A stretch of DNA of 30,807 nucleotides from Coleofasciculus chthonoplastes F2-STO-03. Its GTDB lineage: Bacteria; Cyanobacteriota; Cyanobacteriia; Cyanobacteriales; Coleofasciculaceae. Shown in pieces: positions 1 through 10,114 of the stretch (the stretch's first letter is position 1; every line of letters begins with the position of its first letter). The notes below the pieces were generated by a model, which was given only the letters and a program-made list of their open reading frames with translations, had not been told where the DNA came from and ran no database searches. The position numbers and the translations under genes are program-made. The stretch is taken from NCBI GenBank assembly GCA_040222015.1, contig JAVJWO010000073.1, forward strand, positions 1-30,807, in the 5' to 3' direction.

Positions 1-140
1 GCCAGGGGTCTTACAGCAGGCTGGACTAGGAGAACATCCCGCCGTGTGTGCCAGTGTCAGACTAATCGTGGTAGACAACTGTTATTGAAATCTGGCTCTT
101 TCAAGCTCAGGGTTCAACGAAGTAACCCTGAGTAGTTGAC
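1..140 (-). ncRNA. 5' part of an IscB-associated omegaRNA (HEARO-like, IS200/IS605 OMEGA element end); runs off the left edge
   Basis: Minus strand starts GTCAACTAC, then a perfect 9-bp hairpin CTCAGGGTT/AACCCTGAG followed by CTTG, a TTGAAA/TTTCAA hairpin, AGTTGTC pairing back to GTCAACT (1 mismatch), then GGATGTTCTCCTAGTCC. This is the motif order of HEARO/omegaRNAs. No iscB ORF is visible in the window. Confidence 0.75.
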
Positions 141-145
141 CTTGC

Positions 146-526
146 TTAATCCTCAAGCTGCTTGGCTGAAACCTCTACGGCGTCTACATCAATCGTACCC
201 AGTGGCGTCAAGCGGTTAAATTGACCCTGTTCGACTTTCAACAATTCGTCACAGTTGGGACAGCGACATTCGGTACGATTAAACCCAGTAAACTCGTAGG
301 CACAGACGGGACATTTATCCTCAACCAAGTTACGCTGTAACCACCACCGAAAGCCAACCCAGCCAATGACTGGTGCGAGGATGGCTAACCCAATCAGAAT
401 TAAGAATCCGTTGACCAGCCAGCCCAAGCCAACTGTTCCCAGTAAGAGAAAGGTGGCTAATAGCGTGAGCCAACAGCCCACGCCTGATAGGTTAAACTGA
501 GCAAGTTTAGGATCGTACTGGTTCAC
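146..526 (-). CDS. Conserved cyanobacterial membrane protein with C-terminal zinc ribbon
   Basis: Two hydrophobic N-terminal helices; CPVC...CPNC pair; C-terminal GTIDVDAVEV motif. Confidence 0.8.
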   Translation of the reverse strand: MNQYDPKLAQFNLSGVGCWLTLLATFLLLGTVGLGWLVNGFLILIGLAILAPVIGWVGFRWWLQRNLVEDKCPVCAYEFTGFNRTECRCPNCDELLKVEQGQFNRLTPLGTIDVDAVEVSAKQLED

Positions 527-613
527 GGTACTTTTTGGAAACTGACTATCTCCATCCTAGTTCACATCGGTTCTAACCTGAGAGGTGAAAAGCTACACCC
601 TACCAACAACGGT

Positions 614-1273
614 TTAACTGCTGATCATTTCCGTTGATGCAGATTGTCCTAAACGGGGTTCAGTACCGACAAGTAGGCGCTGAATATTGGCTCGATGCCG
701 TAATATAACGTATAGCCCCGCCACAATCCCAAATATCTGATAGGGCAATGGTTGAGCTAAGACGATCATCAAAACAGCCACCGCGATCGCAGCCGCCATA
801 GAACCTAGAGAAACAATCCGCGAGAAACTGACGACCCCAATAAAGATTATCAATACACTCAACGCGACGAACCAAGACATAGCGAATAAGACGCCCAACC
901 CTGTGGCGGCAGATTTTCCTCCCGTAAAGTTAATCCAGATTGATTTACTGTGACCCAACATAGCCGCCAACGCGACAACAGCCACCAACCACGGTTTCCA
1001 AGTATCCGGCATCACGGATGATCCCGTTAGGGCAAAGAAGCCATGTACCAAAGCAACAGCACCCACTCCTTTCGCCGCATCAATCAGTAAAACGACTAAA
1101 GCTGGACCTTTTCCCAGGTTTCTCAAAACATTGGTCGCCCCCGTTGATCCCGAACCGATTTCCCGAATATCAATTCCTTTAACCAGACGTCCTGCCCAAT
1201 ATCCAGTTGGAATTGAGCCAAGTAAGTAAGCACTGATCACCAGTAGCCCAATCCAACTTAACTCACGCATCAT
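614..1273 (-). CDS. plsY: Glycerol-3-phosphate acyltransferase PlsY
   Basis: Motifs YLLGSIP, GSGSTGATN, GHSKS..FTGGK, RHRANIQRL; multi-pass membrane protein. Confidence 0.95.
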   Translation of the reverse strand: MMRELSWIGLLVISAYLLGSIPTGYWAGRLVKGIDIREIGSGSTGATNVLRNLGKGPALVVLLIDAAKGVGAVALVHGFFALTGSSVMPDTWKPWLVAVVALAAMLGHSKSIWINFTGGKSAATGLGVLFAMSWFVALSVLIIFIGVVSFSRIVSLGSMAAAIAVAVLMIVLAQPLPYQIFGIVAGLYVILRHRANIQRLLVGTEPRLGQSASTEMISS

Positions 1274-1319
1274 CGTTTCAAACCCTCCACAATTAACACT
1301 ATAAATTTTATGGGAATAA

Positions 1320-1565
1320 CGGGACTAAAATAAAAATCAACGCCAAATCAAGCCAAAGCTGGCTTGATAAAAGACAAAGGAAGTCCCTGTTTTCATTTAA
1401 CCAAGCGATAAAACCCCTTGACATTGCTGTCCGAAATGCTGGCAAAGCATCAGTCCAACGTTTCCAAGCTTTATTCGCCCATTGTCTTCGTCATCCTTCT
1501 GTTAAATTCTGCCACAGGATAAAGCTATAGGCACAAAACACTACTATAAAATGACGTTCTCAGCT
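1320..1565 (-). mobile_element. Degenerate IS701-family transposase C-terminus and element end
   Basis: Hand translation ERHFIVVFCAYSFILWQNLTEG*RRQWANKAWKRWTDALPAFRTAMSRGFIAWLNENRD resembles cyanobacterial IS701 C-termini. It has an internal stop and ends in TTTTATTTTAGTCCCG. Confidence 0.7.
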
Positions 1566-1823
1566 TTTAAAGCTGAATGGGAATATTCATTAACTTGAAT
1601 AATTCCTTTGCATTTGAGCAAAAACTTTTGCCTTCCCAAGGCGGTTGCGATCATCTGTGGGAACTATTATTAGCACAGATTCAGGAAAAAAATAGACATC
1701 GGCTGAAATCAGACTTTTCCCTAGACAGGAGCAAAGTTTGAGATTCTTTTTCACCAGATGTCTATTGTTTATGTTCCAGAAAGTTGTAACCAACTCCCCT
1801 TGACATTGGTAAGCTAAGCGTCA

Positions 1824-2000
1824 TTGACATCCTCACCGCCCTACAAGGACGGTGATTCCTACCAGTCAAACAGCGATAGCTGAATGTACTCTCGGTGGGT
1901 TGACGGTTCACACACTGCCTCATGAGAGGTCTTACACGCGCTCCCCGTCCGTTTAGAGTCGTGGAGCTGCCCGACCCCGACTTTTTCTATATTTGTAGAT
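1824..2000 (-). mobile_element. tnpB: IS200/IS605 tnpB 3' remnant with right-end hairpin and reRNA (omegaRNA) scaffold
   Basis: Minus strand encodes TNIEKVGVGQLHDSKRTGSACKTSHEAVCEPSTHREYIQLSLFDW* (TnpB-like tail), followed by GGAATCACCGTCCTTGTAGGGCGGTGAGGATGTCAA: a 10-bp stem ending in the TCAA right-end motif. Confidence 0.8.
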
Positions 2001-2950
2001 GGCTGGTGGCTGCGACATTGCCAATCCAGTCAACGTCAAAGCTAAGTTCATGGTCTTGATCTCTGCTCAGAGGACCATAACCGTCGCTAGGTGCGATCGC
2101 AACCACAAATGGTGCGGTGGCGCCGCTGGCTACTAGACTGACGTTCCCAATCGAGGTGATCTGTGCTGCCACTTCTGTGGTAATTATTTCCACAATCGTG
2201 TCTGCATTGACACCTTGGACTAACTTACAACCCGTTGCCTTGGCGATTCGGCTCCCTTGTTCGGGGGTACCACCAGGCTCTCCGCATTTAGACCTAAACG
2301 CGCTGGAGGATCTTACGGGATCGTCGTCGAGTCCGGCTGGGGTACGATAGTTGGTGTCCATGCTCAGCGCCAGCACTTTAATCTTCTCTGCCACGAGCTT
2401 GGCGGTGACCGATGCTTCGGTGATGTCGTAGGAGAGGTTGGAAATTTATTTGCAGACTGGGTCGTGACCGGCGGCGTCGCCAAACCAAACAATAATCCGC
2501 TTGGCATCTGCACGCCAACCGATCTGACCGCCTGGTGGTTCGGCAACTTGATCCAGTCCATAGAACTGAGCTTCTGGCGTGTCCTGACCGGGGGAGGTTG
2601 TCCAGGTATCGATCGCGGCTTTGACGGCGGCGATATCGGCGCTCAGGCTACATTGGTTGGCGAATCCGTAAGGATGTTCGTCGGCAACCGGAGCCGGAAA
2701 GTCCTTATAGTCGCCAACCCCGAACTGGACATCTGCCCCTAAGTCCTGGATTCTGGTCATGGAATCGACGATGCCGCTCTTGACCGCCGCGATCGCATTA
2801 TTCATGCTACCCGTTGTGTCGGCGAGAAAATAGACATCCACTTTCGGGACTACCCCAGATTTCGGGATAGTGACCTTCACCACTTCGGCGATGGTCTGAT
2901 CTATGGATAGGGTCAGATCATTCGTAGCTGGTGAAACCTGAATTTTTCTT
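1987..2950 (-). pseudogene. VWA-domain protein pseudogene
   Basis: MIDAS-like FLADTTGSM plus QFGVGDYKD, GQDTPEA and IIVWFGDA. ORFs 2446..2883 and 1987..2394 are in one frame separated by a single TAA at 2446-2448 (DPVCK*ISNLSYDITEASV). The frame stays open upstream to about 2950 without an ATG, and the 3' end runs into the tnpB remnant. Confidence 0.85.
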
Positions 2951-3091
2951 CAATCAATGATAAGCTTTTTTGTTGTTGATAATTTCCCCCAAACCAAATG
3001 GGTTGTGGCAATTTTCCAAAACGAGATATTGGCTATGTCTAGGTTTCTAGCTGCTCACCTCTCACAACTCATTTAAAGTCGCTATATATTA

Positions 3092-4294
3092 TTAATAATT
3101 ACTCATTTGCTGAGGATCGGGAGCAAAGGCTAACCAGAGAGAAAATTGCAGGATTGAAAGACTAATCTGGTCTTCTGTTTCATCAACAATGATTAAAGGA
3201 AGTTGCTTCTGAGTCATTAAGCGATCGGCTTTTTGCACCAGGGCTGATGGTTCCTCAAATAAAACAACCCCCCGTTCTGGACCAAAATCACTGCGGGCAA
3301 TACCCAGACAATCCTGCAATCCTCTGCGCCATTCTCCCAGCCGTTCAGGGGTATTGGCAAGAACCAAGATTCGTAGTCTATCACCGTAAAGCGTCCGCAT
3401 TACAGACATCACGGCGGAGGCGACCAAAATATTTTGCAAGCGGCTACCAATCGTGCGAATCGCCCCACGCCCCCCTTGACTAAAAAACCAATTGGACACT
3501 CGCTCCGCATGAATTGGCTCAAACGTGCGACGCAATTGCCAAGGCGGACCATAATAATCTGGCATTTTGCGGTATTGGTCAATAATGTCCCGAATTTGCT
3601 GGATCTGATCTTGAAACGCCTGTTCAGCAAATTTGGGTGTAGGAGAAGAAACTGGCGGCTGGGCTTCATCCATCCTAGGTTGAGAAAATTCTGCAGTCTG
3701 TTCGGCTAATTCTAACTGCTCCGCCGCCACAACCAAGTCTTGTAAACTGCCAACCAAATAGTCTTTAAAACCCTGCACCCGAATTGCCAATTCTTGAGAT
3801 ACCCCAGCAAATGTGGTTCGCATTTCCGTGCGAATGCGTTCTCGGCGGCGTTCTAGTTGCTCCACAGAAATTAAAAGAGCTTGCTTGCGCTGCTCTAATT
3901 CGCTTAACCCCTCTTGGAGCATTTGTTGGATGGTGGCTTGGGTTTTGGTTAACTGGTCAGATAAAATCTGATTTTGGCTGGCTTGTAGCTGGGCAATTTT
4001 TTGCCTCAACTGTTGTTCTTGCGCCTCAAGATCCGCGAGCGTTTGGGTTAAATTCGCTACGGTTTCCTGTTGGTCTGTTGACGGCGTCATCTGATGATCA
4101 TCTGGCGCAGGTAAGTCTACAGCATTTGAAGCGTCAGCTTGGGGTTGGATCACGTTAGATTGGTCAGATAAATCGGTTAACGGCTCAGAGCGTTCTGTTT
4201 CGGGTTTTGGCTCTAGAGAGTTTTCATCAAATCCCTCCAGGATTGGTTGTTGTTCTAAATTAGATTCTTGGGTTTGTGGTTCGTCTGAATTCAT
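3092..4294 (-). CDS. DUF3086 family coiled-coil protein (start re-called to MNSDEPQ at 4294)
   Basis: Coiled-coil region then PDYYGPPWQLRRTFEP, GGRGA and WLAFAPDP motifs; usual position after DUF3119. Confidence 0.85.
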   Translation of the reverse strand: MNSDEPQTQESNLEQQPILEGFDENSLEPKPETERSEPLTDLSDQSNVIQPQADASNAVDLPAPDDHQMTPSTDQQETVANLTQTLADLEAQEQQLRQKIAQLQASQNQILSDQLTKTQATIQQMLQEGLSELEQRKQALLISVEQLERRRERIRTEMRTTFAGVSQELAIRVQGFKDYLVGSLQDLVVAAEQLELAEQTAEFSQPRMDEAQPPVSSPTPKFAEQAFQDQIQQIRDIIDQYRKMPDYYGPPWQLRRTFEPIHAERVSNWFFSQGGRGAIRTIGSRLQNILVASAVMSVMRTLYGDRLRILVLANTPERLGEWRRGLQDCLGIARSDFGPERGVVLFEEPSALVQKADRLMTQKQLPLIIVDETEDQISLSILQFSLWLAFAPDPQQMSNY

Positions 4295-4332
4295 TGAATA
4301 ATTAATAGTAAACACTATATCGGAAAGTAGTC

Positions 4333-4722
4333 TCAAATCTGGGGACAGCGCTCCTCTAAGCAACGTTTAAGCTGTTTGGGATCGAATAAAATTGGCAAGA
4401 AGTGGATGCTATTAACTTCCTTAAAATAGAAAAGGATTGGAAACGATGACCAGAAGATCCGCCAATTTGACCAGTCTTTATACGGAAAACGGCGAATTAG
4501 AGTCTGGGAACGATAGACATCTAATGCGGTTTCGGTAAATTGCAGACGGATGGTTACCGCTTGAATCATTAAAAATAACCCGAAAAGAGCAATGAGTAAA
4601 CCGACCCAAATTTGGAGCAGCACAATCGGTATACTGCCCAGAACCAATACCAAAGGAATCGCGTAGCTAGGGGCAAGTTCGATGGTTTGGGTTGATGAAG
4701 ATGAAGAAGTAGCAGAGGTCAC
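4333..4722 (-). CDS. DUF3119 family membrane protein
   Basis: RRFPY..W.NWRIFW...PILFYFKEVNSIHFLPILFDP; synteny mlaE-DUF3119-DUF3086. Confidence 0.85.
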   Translation of the reverse strand: MTSATSSSSSTQTIELAPSYAIPLVLVLGSIPIVLLQIWVGLLIALFGLFLMIQAVTIRLQFTETALDVYRSQTLIRRFPYKDWSNWRIFWSSFPILFYFKEVNSIHFLPILFDPKQLKRCLEERCPQI

Positions 4723-4775
4723 TAGACTAAATTCCCGTTGTTTATCGACACAAATGATCTATTTTAAACCCCTAA

Positions 4776-5561
4776 CTACAGAACTGCACTGCCTGTGCCT
4801 TGGAACATCAGCCACGACAAAAAAAAGTTAGTGATGAAAATTGCGAGTAAAGCCGTGACGACTGCCGTTGTCGTGGATTGACCAACTCCTTTGGCACCAC
4901 CACTAGTGGTTAATCCCCAGCTACAGCCAATGACGGCTATCAGCATCCCAAACACAGCGGCTTTAATCATCGCCGTAAACAAATCCCAGATTCCCAGGAA
5001 ATTCCGGGCGGAATCTAGAAAGACAGATTGAGGAATATTGTAAAAATTAACAGCAATCAATACGCCGCCCGTCATGCCAAGAATAATTGAGAGAATTGTC
5101 AATAACGGCAGCATTAGAATGCAGGCAATGACACGAGGGATGACCAAATAATCAATCGGATCAGTTTTGAGCATATAAAGTGCGTCAATTTGTTCAGTCA
5201 CGCGCATCGTGCCAATCTCAGCCGCAAACGCTGAACCCACTCGTCCGGCAATCACCACAGCCGTTAACACAGGCGCAAGTTCCCGGCTCAATGCCAGTGC
5301 CAAAACCCCTCCAATAGCTGTAGTTGCCCCAAAGTTAATAAATTCTCGCGTTACCTGAATTGTAAACACGGCACCGATAAAACTAGCCGTGATCATGGCA
5401 ATGGTGAGTGAATCCGGACCGACGACTGCCATTTGCTCCAGGGTATTGCGTCGGTAGATTTTGCCACCGAGAAGATGAACGATGACTTGACCGCCTAATA
5501 AAATGGCAGCTAGCAAGCGCTGGAGCCACAATCCTAAGCTAGAGGAGAAGGTTTCATTCAT
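4776..5561 (-). CDS. mlaE: MlaE/TGD1 (Ycf63)-family lipid ABC transporter permease
   Basis: RELAPVLTAVVIAGRVGSAFAAEIGTMRVTEQIDAL and GGAKGVGQSTTTAVV motifs. Confidence 0.93.
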   Translation of the reverse strand: MNETFSSSLGLWLQRLLAAILLGGQVIVHLLGGKIYRRNTLEQMAVVGPDSLTIAMITASFIGAVFTIQVTREFINFGATTAIGGVLALALSRELAPVLTAVVIAGRVGSAFAAEIGTMRVTEQIDALYMLKTDPIDYLVIPRVIACILMLPLLTILSIILGMTGGVLIAVNFYNIPQSVFLDSARNFLGIWDLFTAMIKAAVFGMLIAVIGCSWGLTTSGGAKGVGQSTTTAVVTALLAIFITNFFLSWLMFQGTGSAVL

Positions 5562-5735
5562 TCGTCATTTGTCATTTGTCATTTGTCATTTGTCATTTGT
5601 CATTCGTCATTCGTCATTCGTCATTTGTCATTCGTCATTTGTCATTCGTCATTCGTCATTCGTCATTTGTCATTCGTCATTTGTCATTCGTCATTTGTCA
5701 TTTGTCATTTGTCATTGTTCACTGTTCACTGTCCA
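5561..5735. repeat. STRR2-type heptamer array: 22 units of TT(T/C)GTCA plus 3 degenerate units
   Basis: Read directly. Unit pattern CTTTTT CCCTCT CCCTCT CTTT shows a 42-bp higher-order duplication. Confidence 0.97.
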
Positions 5736-5739
5736 AGGA

Positions 5740-8700
5740 CTATCTGCTCTCACTTGATTCCACACGGAAACGTTCTACAGAATTGAGTAGATCTCGTGCC
5801 ACACCGACTAGGTTTTGTAAGGCACTGGACACCCGTTGGGCTTCCTGAGAGGTTTCTTGGGCAGTTAGCTCAACCGATTGCATGACTTGGGCAACAGCGC
5901 GGGAGGTTTCGGTTTGCTCGACTGTATCCGCTTTAATCGCTCGCACCAGCGAATCAATGCGATTGGACACTTGAATGATATCTTCCAATGCTTGTTTGGC
6001 TTGCTCTGCCCGTTTGGTTCCATCAATAACCTGCTGGGTGCCTTCTTCCATCGCCGTCATCACCGAACCTGTTTCGCTTTGAATCTGCATGACGATTTGC
6101 TCAATTTCTTTGAGTGCCTTGGCTGAACGGTCTGCCAGTTGCCGCACTTCATCGGCAACGACGGCAAACCCTCGACCCGCCTCTCCAGCTCGAGCTGCCT
6201 CGATACTGGCATTGAGCGCTAACAGGTTGGTTCGGGATGCAATTGTGGAAATTACGGCGACAATCTTGGAAATTTCCTGGGAAGACTCAGCCAATCGCTT
6301 GACTTTTCTCGTGGTTTCTGCTACAGTTTCTCGAATTTGCAAGATACCTGCCACCGTATGTTCTACCGCGTGACCGCCTCTGTGGGCGACATCCGCAGCG
6401 GTGTGGGCAACTTCCTCGGCTTCCCGGGCGGCTTCGGCGACTCGCTGAATGGAGTCGGTCATCACCTGAACGGAGTTGAGGGTAACGGCTAGTTCCTCGG
6501 CTTGGCGCAAGGCGTCATTGGATAAACTGCCAGCAAATGCCGCACTTTCGGTAGAACCCTTGGTCACTTTACGGGCGGCATCTTTTACTTGTTGAACGAT
6601 TTCCCGCAGATTTTGAATGGTTAGGTTAAAGGAGTCAGCCACCGCCCCCAAAACGTCGGCTGTTACTTCAGCTTGTACCGTCAAGTCGCCGCGTGCAGCT
6701 CCTTCTACATCATCTAGCAATCGAATCACCTGACGTTGCAGGTCTTCTTTGGCTTGCTCTTGTTCTTCAGCTTTTCGGGTGGCTTCGCTGGTGGTGGTTA
6801 AGATGACTCGCGCCATCTGGTTGAAACCTGAAGCCAGTTGACCGAGTTCTCCCTCGGAATAGATGGGGACACTGACATTCAGATTTCCCTGAGCAACGGC
6901 ATCAAACTGAGTTTGTAAATCCACGGTGACTTGTTGAATCTGGCGAGTGGTGATCCGACCCAGAAACAGGGTAATGCCAAAACTAGCCGCAAATGCTGCA
7001 CCACTGGCTAAAGCATGGGCAAATTTGAGATTCGCGATCGCGGGTTGAGCTTGCCCTTGGGGTACTGAACTTCGGGCAGCAATACTTTGTGCCGAAAAAC
7101 TGACTAAGGCAACAACAAAAGCGGAGGCAATCCCAGCCGCAAACGAGATAATCCACTGTTTATGATGGAGGGAAGCATTTTCAAAGGGAGCCAGCCACCC
7201 TTGATCAACACTAACGATCGGTTCATTTCCCCCCTCTTTGGCTTGACTAAAAACTGGGAGTTGTTCAGTTGAGCTACCAATACTGAAAATTTCTTCATCA
7301 CTATCAACTGAGCGATATTCCTGAGCCGATTGCTGGTGAGCAGCTACACTATCTCGGACGGCATCGCCATTTTCCCTAACTCCCTCACTTTCGCCACCTG
7401 CTGGTATGACTCCGCTGTTACTTAAAACATCAAAATCTGATTCACTCGCGCCCGAGTCAGCTAATTCATCCTGATCGTCTATGGCGAAATCGGGAAGAGA
7501 GCCTAAATCATCTTCAAATACATCAAAAGCGTCTAAAAAGTCTTTGTCCGTTTCAAGTTCTGAGAAGTTCTCAGCCTCAGCCTCAGCCACTTCATCCATC
7601 GTGAATGAGTCATTGCTGAAAGCATCGTCAAAGCTCTCAAAGTCGAAGTGCTCATCGGGAGCGTTAAATCCATTTTGATCGAAGTCTGATTCATCCTGAG
7701 TGTACTCCTGGCTTTCAAATGCTTCAATCGCCTCATCTGTTTCCTCAGCCGAATAGTCAAACTCATCGGTATCCGTTGGTAAACTTGCGCCCAACTCCCC
7801 TGAATTCATCAGTAGGGTTTCGTCTTCATAAACGGGGTGGTCTTCATCTGACTCGTCAATCGATTCATCATGCCAACCCTCCATTTCCTGATCAACGTCC
7901 GATAAGTCTTCATCGAAATGGGATTCTGACTCATAAGAGGGTGGATTCTGATCCTGAGCATCTTCAAATTCAGGGGCGCTACCGGGAGGCATGACAAATG
8001 TTGCCGCCGTATCATCCTCAGACTCCGCTGAAAAGTCCTCAAAGTGATCCTGATAATCGGCCTCGCTAAATGGGGTATCATTTAAATCAAAATCACTCGC
8101 TCCTTCCTCAAAATTTTCTGGGTAATTTGCCGAGCTAAAGGGGGTGTCATTTAGATCAAAATCACTCGCTCCTTCCTCATAATCTTCATAGTCTACCTCA
8201 GCAAAGGGGTTGTCATTTAGATCAAAATCACTCGATGACTCATAAAGATTGTCAACATCACCACTCTCTTCGTCTAAACCGCGCAAGGCAAATGGATTGG
8301 ATTCATCTACAGAACTTGGCTCATCCGTCGTCTCTGATTCAATAGCTGAACTATCCAGGGGTTCGGCAAAGGGCGAAGATGAGGTTGAGTCAAAATCATC
8401 CCCTAGTCCCGCTTCATCCAAATCTAAAGCCCCTAAATCGAAATCCTCAGACTCATCAATCGCTTCCGAGTCTTGCCAGGTTTCTAATGTAGGTATCTCA
8501 TTCAAATCATCGGTTTCATCAATATCGTGGAAATTGTTATCGAAGTCCTCTGTGGATGGGGGTGAATCGACAGAATCGAATTCACTGGACAATTGATTAG
8601 CATCTTCTAGACCTTTATGGGCATATTCGATAAAATCAGGTTCAGACGTTAAATTAAGAACTTGCTCATAGTGTTCCCGTGCTTGCTCGTACTGCTGTAG

Positions 8701-8862
8701 ACCATAGCAACAGATATGACCCTTAAGTAACAAAGCACTTGGATCATCGGGATACTCTTCAATCAACCGACTAATAAGATCGGCAGCTTCTTGGTATTTA
8801 CCTTGTGCGTAAGCCGTTTGTGCGTGTGTATATTCCTGAACGTAATCTGTACTTGATGCCAT
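5740..8862 (-). CDS. pilJ: Methyl-accepting chemotaxis protein PilJ/HmpD: TPR, long acidic linker, 2 TM, HAMP, MA domain (ATG at 8862 preferred)
   Basis: [34 protein letters not shown] signalling hairpin; [26 protein letters not shown] before ATG 8862. Confidence 0.93.
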   Translation of the reverse strand: MASSTDYVQEYTHAQTAYAQGKYQEAADLISRLIEEYPDDPSALLLKGHICCYGLQQYEQAREHYEQVLNLTSEPDFIEYAHKGLEDANQLSSEFDSVDSPPSTEDFDNNFHDIDETDDLNEIPTLETWQDSEAIDESEDFDLGALDLDEAGLGDDFDSTSSSPFAEPLDSSAIESETTDEPSSVDESNPFALRGLDEESGDVDNLYESSSDFDLNDNPFAEVDYEDYEEGASDFDLNDTPFSSANYPENFEEGASDFDLNDTPFSEADYQDHFEDFSAESEDDTAATFVMPPGSAPEFEDAQDQNPPSYESESHFDEDLSDVDQEMEGWHDESIDESDEDHPVYEDETLLMNSGELGASLPTDTDEFDYSAEETDEAIEAFESQEYTQDESDFDQNGFNAPDEHFDFESFDDAFSNDSFTMDEVAEAEAENFSELETDKDFLDAFDVFEDDLGSLPDFAIDDQDELADSGASESDFDVLSNSGVIPAGGESEGVRENGDAVRDSVAAHQQSAQEYRSVDSDEEIFSIGSSTEQLPVFSQAKEGGNEPIVSVDQGWLAPFENASLHHKQWIISFAAGIASAFVVALVSFSAQSIAARSSVPQGQAQPAIANLKFAHALASGAAFAASFGITLFLGRITTRQIQQVTVDLQTQFDAVAQGNLNVSVPIYSEGELGQLASGFNQMARVILTTTSEATRKAEEQEQAKEDLQRQVIRLLDDVEGAARGDLTVQAEVTADVLGAVADSFNLTIQNLREIVQQVKDAARKVTKGSTESAAFAGSLSNDALRQAEELAVTLNSVQVMTDSIQRVAEAAREAEEVAHTAADVAHRGGHAVEHTVAGILQIRETVAETTRKVKRLAESSQEISKIVAVISTIASRTNLLALNASIEAARAGEAGRGFAVVADEVRQLADRSAKALKEIEQIVMQIQSETGSVMTAMEEGTQQVIDGTKRAEQAKQALEDIIQVSNRIDSLVRAIKADTVEQTETSRAVAQVMQSVELTAQETSQEAQRVSSALQNLVGVARDLLNSVERFRVESSESR

Positions 8863-8939
8863 TGACCTCCTCCCTTTGCTCACCAGGAAAAAGTAACAAA
8901 CAAAAGCTTGCTCTCTTTTTCCTTTCTTTTACTGTTCAT

Positions 8940-9470
8940 TCATGCTGCCCACCGCGCTGCTCGTAGAATTGCCACCTGATCGAGAAGTCGTAAAAATTGA
9001 TTAGATTCTGGATCTAATAACCACTCTCCTTTTAAAAAAGGTGCCATCGTATCCGGAACATTCATTGCCATTTGTAATTGCTCCACATCTAACCAATCCA
9101 TGTCCACAATTCGCTCCACGGCTAAACCAAGCATTGTATCTTGATCTTCGATGGCAATGACGGGAATTTCTGATCGGTCTGTATTGACAGGGATCGGCTC
9201 TCCCAGAAATTGACCCAGATCACCAACCCATATAACCCGACCTCGCATATTGATCGTCCCCAATAATAAGGGGGAAGCATTAGGGATCGGGGTGATCTGG
9301 TTGGGAGATGGCTCAAGCACTTCTTTAATCCCAGTCGCTGGCAAAGCAAATTCCATACCAGAAGGGACGTAAAATCGCAAGTGTAATTCACCCTCAGGAC
9401 TTTCTAGTTCTTGCAATTCTGGGGCTTGATCTTGACCAGTATCTGTTAAAAAATCCGGATTTCCAACCAT
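8940..9470 (-). CDS. pilI: CheW-family protein PilI/HmpC
   Basis: ITPIPNASPLLLGTINMRGRVIWVGDLGQFLG and LGLAVERI; cluster position. Confidence 0.92.
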   Translation of the reverse strand: MVGNPDFLTDTGQDQAPELQELESPEGELHLRFYVPSGMEFALPATGIKEVLEPSPNQITPIPNASPLLLGTINMRGRVIWVGDLGQFLGEPIPVNTDRSEIPVIAIEDQDTMLGLAVERIVDMDWLDVEQLQMAMNVPDTMAPFLKGEWLLDPESNQFLRLLDQVAILRAARWAA

Positions 9471-9494
9471 TCGCAGCTAGAGTCTTAACTATAT

Positions 9495-9860
9495 TTATGA
9501 CCTGAGTAGCTGTTTGACTGTGCCAATCAACTCGGTGGGCTGAAAGGGCTTAGCGATGTAAGCATCTGCCCCTTGCTTCATTCCCCAATATCGATCAAAT
9601 TCTTCGCCTTTTGAAGAACACATGACCACGGGTACATTTTGGGTTTTGGGATCAGCCTTTAAACGACGACAGACCTCGTACCCATTCATACGAGGCATAA
9701 CAATATCCAATACCACTACATCAGGACGAGACTGCAGAATATGTTCTAAGGCTTCCACTCCATCGCTTGCCACAGAGACTGTCAACCCACTGCCTTTGAG
9801 GAGGTCTGAGATCATCTGTCGCTGTGCCAAACTGTCTTCTACAACCAAAACTGTACTCAT
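9495..9860 (-). CDS. pilH: CheY-type response regulator PilH/HmpB
   Basis: VEDS, LDIVMPRMNG, CSSK, YIAKPF receiver motifs. Confidence 0.93.
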   Translation of the reverse strand: MSTVLVVEDSLAQRQMISDLLKGSGLTVSVASDGVEALEHILQSRPDVVVLDIVMPRMNGYEVCRRLKADPKTQNVPVVMCSSKGEEFDRYWGMKQGADAYIAKPFQPTELIGTVKQLLRS

Positions 9861-10114
9861 AACCCCCTACCTGACTTGCCAATAAGCGCACGAATTTTGA
9901 ACGTGAACTGAGCTGTATCGTTGAGCTATACCCTTAAACATAGATAGAGTAATGATTAATGTATCCTTTATGGTAGCTTCATCCTGAACTGATCCCTTTC
10001 TCTATTGTGACAGGCTTAACTGCCAAATGGAGCAGGGCGTATCGCTGTATGAGTCTATGAGGTGATTGTAGCGGAAGAATTACCTTCCTGGGTGTTACAT
10101 GATCATTGCTGTTG

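Noticed and set aside
1590..1793. 67-aa ORF in the insertion patch
   Set aside because: No recognisable motif or RBS; lies among decayed mobile DNA.
1414..1808. 13-bp CCCCTTGACATTG at 1414 and 1796 as a target of the TnpB guide or a target-site duplication
   Set aside because: The match starts at position 16 of the flank, outside the seed, and the 1414 copy is ordinary IS701 coding sequence; likely chance.
5503..5848. Plus-strand ORFs of SFVICH/SFVIRH repeats
   Set aside because: Translation artefacts of the heptamer array, antisense to real genes.
10076..10084. SigJ/SigF J-box-like GGTAATTCT upstream of pilH (and TGGAATACT at 21330-21338)
   Set aside because: One or two mismatches in a 9-mer; not distinguishable from chance without TSS data.
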